Of a stretch of 64,000 nucleotides of DNA, positions 27,693 to 35,918 are shown one piece after another. The notes beneath the pieces are model-generated. The model was not told where the DNA came from. It did no database searches and saw only the letters and a list, made by a program, of their open reading frames with translations. The first letter of the stretch is position 1. Each line of letters begins with the position of its first letter. This stretch comes from a virus (Duplodnaviria; Caudoviricetes), in IMG/VR virus record IMGVR_UViG_3300021514_000002, positions 64,001 to 128,000 of that record; one strand, given 5' to 3'. The position numbers were made by a program, and so were the translations under genes.

Positions 27693-28543
27693 TTCATTTT
27701 TTCCGTTAACACGCTAAAGAAGTTCCAGTCCTTTGGTCTCCAAATTTTAACTTCTTGCGGATGTTTTCTAACTCTAAATTCAACTATAGTACCAGCAGGC
27801 TTAGTACAGGTAAATATTGGTTGGCCATCGGCAATAATATCAATTCTTGGAACACGGTCGGTTAGTTCAACCTGTACCGTTATTATATCACGGCCTGTTG
27901 TAATAATAGGACGAGAAGTTAATGTATGTGGAATTAATGGAACAACCTGCATGATGTTAGTAGATGGGCTTACGATTGCACCACCTGCCGATAACGTCAT
28001 TGCAGTAGAACCAGTGGAGGATGATACCAGTACACCGCTACCTAATTGTTTACTAACAAAATGTTCATTAATAAACACTTCTGTTATAAGCGGCGCATTT
28101 ATCCCATTACCACTAACCACAAATTCGTTCATTGCTTTCATTTTAAATGGTTCTTTAAAACCTTCCCCATTTATAGAGTATTGGCCTTCAAGAATCATTC
28201 GTTTTTCAAGGATAACATTATTTTCATATAAAATGTCATCAAGATACTTATTTAAATTATGGGGGATTTCTTCTGTTAAAAATCCAAGCGTGCCTGTATT
28301 TAAACCAAGTACGGTAGAATTTTTATAATTAACAGATGCGCGCAATGCACCAAGCATCGTACCATCGCCACCAATAGAAACGATTAAAGCACGTTCTTCA
28401 AAACTATCAGGATACCAAAACGTTGTTGGAATCCCACGCGATTTGCCATAAGAATAAACAAGATCTGCCACCCGCTGGGTTTCGGCATCCTCACCTGGTT
28501 TACAAAAAATCATTATACAATCAAATGTAGTAGGCATATTCAT
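27686..28543 (-). CDS. nadK: NAD kinase
   Basis: GGDGT, GTLGFL, NE, STGSTAxxLSAGG. Confidence 0.93.
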   Translation of the reverse strand: MNMPTTFDCIMIFCKPGEDAETQRVADLVYSYGKSRGIPTTFWYPDSFEERALIVSIGGDGTMLGALRASVNYKNSTVLGLNTGTLGFLTEEIPHNLNKYLDDILYENNVILEKRMILEGQYSINGEGFKEPFKMKAMNEFVVSGNGINAPLITEVFINEHFVSKQLGSGVLVSSSTGSTAMTLSAGGAIVSPSTNIMQVVPLIPHTLTSRPIITTGRDIITVQVELTDRVPRIDIIADGQPIFTCTKPAGTIVEFRVRKHPQEVKIWRPKDWNFFSVLTEKMKW

Positions 28544-28553
28544 AATAAATTCC

Positions 28554-29495
28554 TTACTTGCTAAATTCTAACATTCTTTCTACAGGTTTAATTGCAGCTG
28601 CAATCATTTCATCAGAAAGATAATCAATTTCAACACCAGCGGTACCATTAATAGATTCTTGCACCAACTCAAGCGTGTTTTGTTTCATAAACGGACATGC
28701 GTTACACTGACATCCTGTATAAGTTGGTGCCAATCTAATGTCTAAATCTGGCCGAGCTTCACGCATATTATACAGCAAACCTTCTTCCGTTGCAACATAA
28801 ATTATCGCTTGCGTATTGGATGTTTTAGGTAAATCTTTAATAAATTGTAACATCTTACTTGTTGAACCCACCATATCTGCACGCTTTAATACTGGCAATG
28901 GTGATTCAGGATGTGCAATTAAGTACTTAGGGCCGTCTGACCATGTTCCCATAGCCTTGTTAATTTCATCTTCTTTAAATTTATCATGTACGTCGCAAAC
29001 TGCATCCCATACTGTCATATCGTATCCATATTGATAATTCAAATATGCGCCCATGTTTCTGTCAGGTGAAAATATAACTTTATTTCCTTTGGCAATTTCT
29101 GCGGCAACAACATCATCAACATTACGCGATGTTACGATAATATCTGCTAATGATTTCATTTTAGCGTCAGAATTGATATACATTACGTGTGTGGTTTCAT
29201 AGCCAGCCAGTGCATTAAAAAATCGTTGGTTGGCGTCCCATATTTCTAATAGTTGGAAGTTTGTTTGTTCAACTAAAGAGCATGATGACTCTGCGCTTGG
29301 TAGGATGACTTCTGTGTCAGGCACGATCATCTTAGCCGTTTCAGCCATGAACCTAACTCCCGCGAAAACAATACGTTCAGGGTTGATTTCTTTGGCTTTC
29401 ATTGCTAATTCTAATGAGTCACCAACAAAATCTGCCATTTGTTGGACTTCTGGAATCGTATAATAATGAGCGAGAACTAAAGTATTTTTATCCAT
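28554..29495 (-). CDS. nadA: Quinolinate synthase
   Basis: LAHYY, GDS, GVRFMAETAK, CSL, YINS, HPE, CPFMK. Confidence 0.92.
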   Translation of the reverse strand: MDKNTLVLAHYYTIPEVQQMADFVGDSLELAMKAKEINPERIVFAGVRFMAETAKMIVPDTEVILPSAESSCSLVEQTNFQLLEIWDANQRFFNALAGYETTHVMYINSDAKMKSLADIIVTSRNVDDVVAAEIAKGNKVIFSPDRNMGAYLNYQYGYDMTVWDAVCDVHDKFKEDEINKAMGTWSDGPKYLIAHPESPLPVLKRADMVGSTSKMLQFIKDLPKTSNTQAIIYVATEEGLLYNMREARPDLDIRLAPTYTGCQCNACPFMKQNTLELVQESINGTAGVEIDYLSDEMIAAAIKPVERMLEFSK

Positions 29496-29496
29496 G

Positions 29497-29841
29497 TTAC
29501 CCCTCCACGAAGGTACAAACCTTCTTCATTTTGCGAATGATAGTAATAAATTTACTGTCGATGGTATTGCTAAATGATCCGCCGAATTCTGGCTGAACGA
29601 ATTCAAAAGTTTTACGTCTTGGATTGTAAGTTCCATCGGGGTTTAATTTACGAATGGTTACAGTCCATCCTGCTGGATAGTAATCACCGGGACCATGACC
29701 ATAACCGTCCCCGTCCATTAAAGCACTTTCGACGATATACACATGACGATTAAGGTCTTTTGGAAATTTTGTAAAATGTGATGGGCTTTTAACATTGGCA
29801 AACGTAATAACATTACCAATTTGTAATTTTTGTGTGTTCAT
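29497..29841 (-). CDS. Hypothetical protein, first gene of the nadA-nadK unit
   Basis: GGYGHGPGDxYP-like motif; preceded by the UTR motif. Confidence 0.7.
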   Translation of the reverse strand: MNTQKLQIGNVITFANVKSPSHFTKFPKDLNRHVYIVESALMDGDGYGHGPGDYYPAGWTVTIRKLNPDGTYNPRRKTFEFVQPEFGGSFSNTIDSKFITIIRKMKKVCTFVEG

Positions 29842-29887
29842 CGGAAATCCTCCAATAAGTTGATACGGGTGGGGTCTATCCCCACCG
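29841..29887 (-). promoter_or_regulatory. 5' UTR motif (copy 3)
   Basis: GGTGGGG-ATAGA-CCCCACC ... ATTGGAGGATTTCCGATG; TTGACA at 29922-29927. Confidence 0.75.
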
Positions 29888-29923
29888 CTTATATTATATT
29901 TATATCATATTGTAGCCATAATG

Positions 29924-30475
29924 TCAAGCTAATTCGTTACAGATTAATCCACGTGTTTCGGTAAGAACCTGACCTAGCCAATTAGTGCCTTTCCATGTAG
30001 TAGGATTAAACGCATCTGGATTATCTTCAGCCAAGCCAACGCCCCAGATTTTATCAACAGGACTTGCTTCGACTAATAAATAATTGGCAGTTTTTTCTAA
30101 TGCTTCAAATAATTCTTCATTCTGTGAGAATTTTGCAAGATTCGCCCGTAATACGAAATCACGACAGACGGCATTCCAAGCTGCAGGATTAAAGTTTTTA
30201 ACACTGCGACCAATCATTTGTTGCGCTCGTGGATATTTTATAAATCCTGATTGTTTTGTTTCTGAACCAATACAATCCATAATTTCTGCTTCAGCAAAAA
30301 AATCACCAAACATTCTTGCCTTTGATGCCATCATGTATTGTTCGGCACAATTATATTCTATGCCTTCAATTTCAAATGGTGAATAAAACCATTGACTAAA
30401 TGGTCCACGCCAGAAACATAACGTCATATATTCTTCTGATGTTGGGTATTGATTAACTAATTCTAACGGTGTCAT
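29924..30475 (-). CDS. NADAR (YbiA-like) family protein
   Basis: FSQW, AEQYMMASKA, KFSQN, LVEASPVDKIWGVG, NWLGQVL. Confidence 0.9.
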   Translation of the reverse strand: MTPLELVNQYPTSEEYMTLCFWRGPFSQWFYSPFEIEGIEYNCAEQYMMASKARMFGDFFAEAEIMDCIGSETKQSGFIKYPRAQQMIGRSVKNFNPAAWNAVCRDFVLRANLAKFSQNEELFEALEKTANYLLVEASPVDKIWGVGLAEDNPDAFNPTTWKGTNWLGQVLTETRGLICNELA

Positions 30476-31646
30476 CTTTTATATCCTTTCTAGTTGGGCC
30501 GTAGCTCTTGTATTGGAAACGTATGCGTTTCATTGTAAAATCTTCTATGGCTTCCATTCCGTCTTCATTTAGTTGGTCAAGACACGTAATAGTATAAGCA
30601 CGTTTCGCACCACGCGGTGCATAGTTTAGAAAATCTTTATCTGTAATGCTTTGCATTAAGCGTGAATCTAAAATACCAAATCGTAATTCGCCTTGGAATT
30701 GATTTGGAATATTTGTTTCATCTACAATATCATAATATTCTGGCATTGCAGGGCGTTCATCATCTAGTGGACCAGCACCATGGCGTGTAGTATAAGCACG
30801 TGTAACATAATTAACAGTTACATCATGTTCCCCTGGAATCGTTTTAAGTATTTCGCTTATATTTTTCATGCCGCAATTTGAGCGTGTAACATGTGGAAAA
30901 TATCCATAGTCCATGTCAAGTAATAAACCTTGTGCACCTTCAAAGATAAGTGTGTTATTTTCAAAATATGAAGCGTCAACAACTTCTATATGTTGGAGCA
31001 TAAATTTACAATCATCTACAAAATCGTACATAACTTTATCATTATATAAGATTGACAAGAAATTTTCACCAACGTTATCCATGTTGATTCTTGTTGGTAT
31101 ATAATCTTCACGAATTGCATCTTGTTCCATTAACAGTCTATTTAACATTACATCTTTAGATAAATTATAAGATGTTAATAAATCATTAACGGTTAAATGT
31201 GAAAATGTAAGTTTTCGTTCTAGTGTTTCACCGAAACCAACCCCACAACTGCCATGGGCATCATCCCCACGCATCAATTCCAAGCTTTGATTTAATAACA
31301 TATCGAAAGGTGTTGTTATAATACTTTCAGGATCAATATATATTTTAGGTTCAATCCCAAATTCCTTAACAAATAATTCATATTCTTTTCTAAACAATAT
31401 TGGATTGCTTACAAAGAAACTACTTAAAAAAGTTGGAGAACCATTAAATGTTCCTGCTCCAAAGTGTGAAAATACATGTCGTTTCCCATCTGGCGTTACA
31501 ACAGTATGACCAGCTTGTGCCCCACCATTAGAACGAATAACAACAGCATCATTATACTGCGAAGAAAAATAATCAGTCATAAGACCTTTACCACTGTCAC
31601 CATAAGCAGAATCTATTATAGCTATTACGTTACTCATAATATTCAC
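30453..31646 (-). CDS. Adenylosuccinate synthetase-like protein
   Basis: GDSGKG, NGGAQAGHT, SCGVG, FEGAQGLLLD, TRHGAGP. Confidence 0.88.
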   Translation of the reverse strand: MNIMSNVIAIIDSAYGDSGKGLMTDYFSSQYNDAVVIRSNGGAQAGHTVVTPDGKRHVFSHFGAGTFNGSPTFLSSFFVSNPILFRKEYELFVKEFGIEPKIYIDPESIITTPFDMLLNQSLELMRGDDAHGSCGVGFGETLERKLTFSHLTVNDLLTSYNLSKDVMLNRLLMEQDAIREDYIPTRINMDNVGENFLSILYNDKVMYDFVDDCKFMLQHIEVVDASYFENNTLIFEGAQGLLLDMDYGYFPHVTRSNCGMKNISEILKTIPGEHDVTVNYVTRAYTTRHGAGPLDDERPAMPEYYDIVDETNIPNQFQGELRFGILDSRLMQSITDKDFLNYAPRGAKRAYTITCLDQLNEDGMEAIEDFTMKRIRFQYKSYGPTRKDIKDDTVRIS

Positions 31647-32585
31647 CTATTGAAATTGATTTATTGTTTGTATATAATTTTCTGTATTGTCAAATATATC
31701 ATAATTGAATGTTTCAGAATATCCACTTTTAATATATTTTTTTGCTTGTGTAAAAGTATTTCTTTTGTATTTTTTTAAAATATTGCTTTCCATTTTTTGT
31801 GGTATATTGCCATCTTCAAACCATTCATTAAATAATACAATAACCGTAAAATCTTTATTTACTTGTAAACGTTTAATTCTTACATCTATATCACCATTAG
31901 TAATTCCTATTTTATAAAATGTACACTCATCACTTACAAACTTAATATAGTAAAGTAATCCACCTTTTGTTGGAATGAATCCTCGCCTTGCACAATCAGG
32001 ACACCCATTCATATGTAAATGGTCATTGGGTCTTTGTGTAAAAATTCCATGAATATTGCATATAATCTTAACCTTTTTATGCGATGCTTTATAGTTAACT
32101 AAAGAATAATCATATAAATCTCCATGAACTTCTTTAGCCTCTTTCATAAAAATATCATTTGTTTTAGCACGTTTAATGAAACATCCAGGACACCCATTTC
32201 CACTTTTATGATAACAGGGAGGTTGTAAAAAAACACCATGTACATTACATATTATTTTAACTTTGCCCAATGCGCTTTCATAATTAACCAATGAATAATC
32301 ATATAAATCACCATGAACTTCGTTAGCTTCTATGATAAATTCATCTGTGGTTTTATATCTACCACTACATTTAGGACATTTATCACCTCTTATATGTTGT
32401 TTTGGTGTTTGTTTAAATATCCCATGTATTTTACATTTTATATCTACTTTAGTGTTCGTATTAACATATTCAATCAATGAATAATCATATAAATTGCCAT
32501 GTTTATTTTTAAAATCTTGAATGCATTGTTCTTTAGTTTTTCGTTTCATATAGGTATGTATGGTGATTGCGCAATCACCATACAT
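31647..32585 (-). CDS. Homing endonuclease-like protein (repeated xxHGxxYDYSLVxY units, C-terminal GIY-YIG/T5orf172-like domain)
   Basis: Three F...HGxLYDYSLxxY...CxxHG...CxxC repeats; LYYIKF...YKIGIT. Confidence 0.75.
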   Translation of the reverse strand: MYGDCAITIHTYMKRKTKEQCIQDFKNKHGNLYDYSLIEYVNTNTKVDIKCKIHGIFKQTPKQHIRGDKCPKCSGRYKTTDEFIIEANEVHGDLYDYSLVNYESALGKVKIICNVHGVFLQPPCYHKSGNGCPGCFIKRAKTNDIFMKEAKEVHGDLYDYSLVNYKASHKKVKIICNIHGIFTQRPNDHLHMNGCPDCARRGFIPTKGGLLYYIKFVSDECTFYKIGITNGDIDVRIKRLQVNKDFTVIVLFNEWFEDGNIPQKMESNILKKYKRNTFTQAKKYIKSGYSETFNYDIFDNTENYIQTINQFQ

Positions 32586-32607
32586 ACCTCCTATAAATAC
32601 ACCATTT

Positions 32608-33534
32608 TTAGAATCTTGTTACATCAGAAGCAGCGTCAAAAGCTTTTTCTTTAGCAGCAAGATCAGAAACTGCATCACGAACAACTATTGAAGTGTCACC
32701 ACTCCAGCTTTTCGCAACTTCTTCTTTATCGCGTCCTTCATTTATTTCAATGACAGAAACGATAAGTTCTGACAGTTTCGTATAATCAGATAAAATGATT
32801 ACATTTTGTCCAAGATGCTCTGCCCAACGTGCTCGTACCGTGTCAGCACCATATCTTTTAGCATAGTAACCTTCTTCGATAATGATGTGATAAACTTCAT
32901 ACATCTTTTGTGCAGCATCGACAGTTTCTTGGAATGGAATATCCGCTTGAACCCCCACATCACCAATAAAATCTTGAACACCGCGTTTCTCGGTTACTGT
33001 TGGTGGCAGTTCATCACCAATTGTAAACAAGTAACCTTTCTTACCGCGTTTTTCAAAGCAATCAATTGATGTGTGATATGCCGCAAAGTACATTGGCATA
33101 TCGTACGATTCATGATCGTTGCCGCCGCCGCCGTGTTCAATGTACATATTTTCTAATGCGTTTGCAATTGTTATATCAGCTTCAAATTGACTAACTTGTA
33201 GAGGCGCAGAATCACAAGAAACATCACCAATACCTGCTACCATAATATGTGGATCTGTTACAGGTTTGCGATCATAGATTTCTTGAAATAATACTCCAAG
33301 GCCTTCACGAATAAGTGTGTCCGCGATCATGCCCATTGAACCTGTTACATCACATCCAATGATAATAGCTGTTGATTCTGGATTTTCATCAGAATCCCGC
33401 GATTCGCGGTTTATGCCCTTTGGATCAAGGTCAGCGTGCATTGAACGGCTTCTGAAAATTTCTTCTGTGCGTTTTGTTTTTGTCGTAGCTGAATAACCTT
33501 TCCAGTCTCCAGCATCCCATCTTGATGTTCCCAT
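32608..33534 (-). CDS. von Willebrand factor A domain protein
   Basis: DVTGSMG MIDAS-type motif; GGGGNDHESY; FTIGDE. Confidence 0.85.
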   Translation of the reverse strand: MGTSRWDAGDWKGYSATTKTKRTEEIFRSRSMHADLDPKGINRESRDSDENPESTAIIIGCDVTGSMGMIADTLIREGLGVLFQEIYDRKPVTDPHIMVAGIGDVSCDSAPLQVSQFEADITIANALENMYIEHGGGGNDHESYDMPMYFAAYHTSIDCFEKRGKKGYLFTIGDELPPTVTEKRGVQDFIGDVGVQADIPFQETVDAAQKMYEVYHIIIEEGYYAKRYGADTVRARWAEHLGQNVIILSDYTKLSELIVSVIEINEGRDKEEVAKSWSGDTSIVVRDAVSDLAAKEKAFDAASDVTRF

Positions 33535-33549
33535 GATAATTCTCCTTCT

Positions 33550-34590
33550 TTAATATAATTGACTAATGTCATAATTGAATATAGTAAACTTTCGTTTACC
33601 GTAACAACGTTCTAACGTTGCATTCCAGCCTTCGTATTCTTCAAGTGCAGAAAAATTAGAAGGTGTTCTTATCCAGTTTACCATTTCAATTGGAATGTCC
33701 TTATTGAATAATAGTTTAGAACCACTTAAAGTAGGATCGCCTAAACATCCAATAGCAACAGCTTTCACAGCTTGCCTATCATAACATGTGTTAGCATTTT
33801 TATCAACCAACAGTTCACTGGGTAAAATCTTTATTAACTCAGACGGCATCGCCTTTAGTTTTGTGTTTTCTTTTACAGAATACCACCAACCACCCAATAA
33901 CATACACGTATGTTCTTTTGGGTTAACAAATATAGTTGATGGTAAAATAGAATTGTGCGTAATCCCACTAAAGTTTAAGAACATGGCGATGTTATATAAA
34001 GAACTAACTACCCATGCAGTATGTTTAGGTGGAAGTGTTTTGTTTGGTAGAAAATCAATCAAATCTTGCAGTAAGACGGCATCTTTAGGCTTATTCATTA
34101 CCACAACATAGCCAATATCAGTTTCGTCATTGCGAACGATACTTGGCATTAACTTCTTGAATTCGTTTTCAAATTTGGAATTTTTATACTTGATGCCTTT
34201 CATGGCGCTGATGCCATTAGCGTAAAGGTCTTTGTTTTCACCATCAATCACATATAGTATATATTTGCTACCAATATAAATACGGCCAAGTTCAAAGGTA
34301 CGGAATTTTTTATAAGTGAACCTAAAAGTCTTGCCTGTTTTTGTGGTATATTTTAAAGAAGCTAATCCGTTCCAAGTATTTGTCGCGATGCGACCTTTGG
34401 CGGTTTCGGCAAGTGCCATTAAGTGAATGAAAACATCTTTGGCTTTAGGATTGATATTTGTATCAGGATGCCATTTACCACGCAACTTTTTAAACTCGAG
34501 TTCAAAACTATCACGGGAAAATATCTTTTCGGGTGACAAAATGTTAACTTTTAATATTTCTGCTGCTGATAAATCTAATATTCTTGGCAT
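33550..34590 (-). CDS. J-domain-like / protein-kinase-like fusion
   Basis: N-terminal KWHPD; C-terminal degenerate kinase-like GITHNSILPSTIFVN...LLGGW. Confidence 0.65.
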   Translation of the reverse strand: MPRILDLSAAEILKVNILSPEKIFSRDSFELEFKKLRGKWHPDTNINPKAKDVFIHLMALAETAKGRIATNTWNGLASLKYTTKTGKTFRFTYKKFRTFELGRIYIGSKYILYVIDGENKDLYANGISAMKGIKYKNSKFENEFKKLMPSIVRNDETDIGYVVVMNKPKDAVLLQDLIDFLPNKTLPPKHTAWVVSSLYNIAMFLNFSGITHNSILPSTIFVNPKEHTCMLLGGWWYSVKENTKLKAMPSELIKILPSELLVDKNANTCYDRQAVKAVAIGCLGDPTLSGSKLLFNKDIPIEMVNWIRTPSNFSALEEYEGWNATLERCYGKRKFTIFNYDISQLY

Positions 34591-34816
34591 TAGGAAATCC
34601 TCCTTACGCGTTCGGTGCGAGTGGAGTCTTTCCCCACTGCATATGTTTCTATTTATACGTGTGTCATTATTCTGTAGATTCTTACACCCTCAAATGCTCT
34701 TACTCTTGGGTGAGTCCTTCCGCTACAGAAGTCTTCATTTATTCGCCTACCCACTTACCGAAGCATCATCCGCAGCGGAGCAAATACGAGGTGGTCTTTC
34801 CACTATCTCTGAATCT
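34590..34816 (-). promoter_or_regulatory. Long structured 5' leader with two G-AAAGA-C hairpins and the GGAGGATTTCC RBS (copy 4)
   Basis: Hairpins at 34791-34803 and 34617-34640; promoter TTGACA-N17-TATAGT at 34823-34851. Confidence 0.7.
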
Positions 34817-34854
34817 GTGTACACTATACATTAACAATTTTTAAATGTCAAACA

Positions 34855-35913
34855 TTATTTTGATAACTCATCATCTACCCATTTATTGAATGTTTGTAAT
34901 TTGCGATTACATCCAAATAAACATTCTTTAGATAATGGTACTGAAAATTGCTTCTTTGCATTAGCCACAACATCTGCCAAACTACCATCGGCAATATTTA
35001 GACCAGTGCTTGGAACATTATCACGTAACAAATGAGAGCAATTCCATACTTCACCTATTTCATTAATCGCTATTTCACTAAGTTGAATATAACACGGCAA
35101 TTTATCATTAATCGGAAAACGAATTCTTGGGTCAAATGTTTCAACATCATGCGCAGTGTCAAATAATACTTTTGTTTCAGCATCGTTATTTTCTTCTGTT
35201 AATGCACGCAATTGTGGAACGATTTCAGTAAACAGTTCGTGAACCTCAGTATTGTTTAGTAAAAACTCACCACCTACGCCTTTATAAGATGAGAAAAATA
35301 CAGCATAAAACTTTGGCCATCGCTTGTAGTACATACGAAGAAATTCAGGAATCTGTTTGTAATTTTGACGTGTAACTGTATACGTTAAACTAACGATTGG
35401 TCCACCAAACGGAATAACAACATTATCATGTATAAAATCTAAGTTGTCCGTCACACGTTCAAATGCGTTCTTGACTTGTGTGATTTTGTTGAAATATGCA
35501 GCATCTGTAGTATCCAACGACACTTTAAGTCTTTTGATAGAACGATATTGTTCAATAGATAACTGCTTCAAATTATTTGTATTAAGATGAAACTCAACAT
35601 TTGGATATTCGCTAACACATGGGAAAATCTCATCAAAGAATTTAACAACGGTTGGTTCGCCACCAGTAATATGTAAAACACCCCCGCCCATGTCAGAATA
35701 TTCTTTCACCATTTTATTGAACATGGGGAATTTCATTTCGGACGCTGTATGATGTTCATTACAATATGAACAATTCATGTTACATCTGTTAGTGATGTGT
35801 AATGACAGTCTACGTAATGGAGGACATTTGTTTTCACGAACCGCAATGACAGTTTCCCCTGCCCTCTTTTCGAACAAATCCCAATACTTTCCACCTAAAT
35901 TTAAATTATCCAT
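34855..35913 (-). CDS. Radical SAM protein
   Basis: CNMNCSYC, ITGGEP, VSLD, C-terminal Cys (SPASM/twitch-like). Confidence 0.9.
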   Translation of the reverse strand: MDNLNLGGKYWDLFEKRAGETVIAVRENKCPPLRRLSLHITNRCNMNCSYCNEHHTASEMKFPMFNKMVKEYSDMGGGVLHITGGEPTVVKFFDEIFPCVSEYPNVEFHLNTNNLKQLSIEQYRSIKRLKVSLDTTDAAYFNKITQVKNAFERVTDNLDFIHDNVVIPFGGPIVSLTYTVTRQNYKQIPEFLRMYYKRWPKFYAVFFSSYKGVGGEFLLNNTEVHELFTEIVPQLRALTEENNDAETKVLFDTAHDVETFDPRIRFPINDKLPCYIQLSEIAINEIGEVWNCSHLLRDNVPSTGLNIADGSLADVVANAKKQFSVPLSKECLFGCNRKLQTFNKWVDDELSK

Positions 35914-35918
35914 TATAG

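Noticed and set aside
32040-32500. Nucleotide repeats ataatcatataaatc..ccatgaac
   Set aside because: They encode the repeated YDYSLVNY DNA-binding units of the endonuclease; not an array.
34641-34803. Hammerhead ribozyme call
   Set aside because: No CUGANGA/GAAA core in the right arrangement; kept only as an unexplained structured insert.
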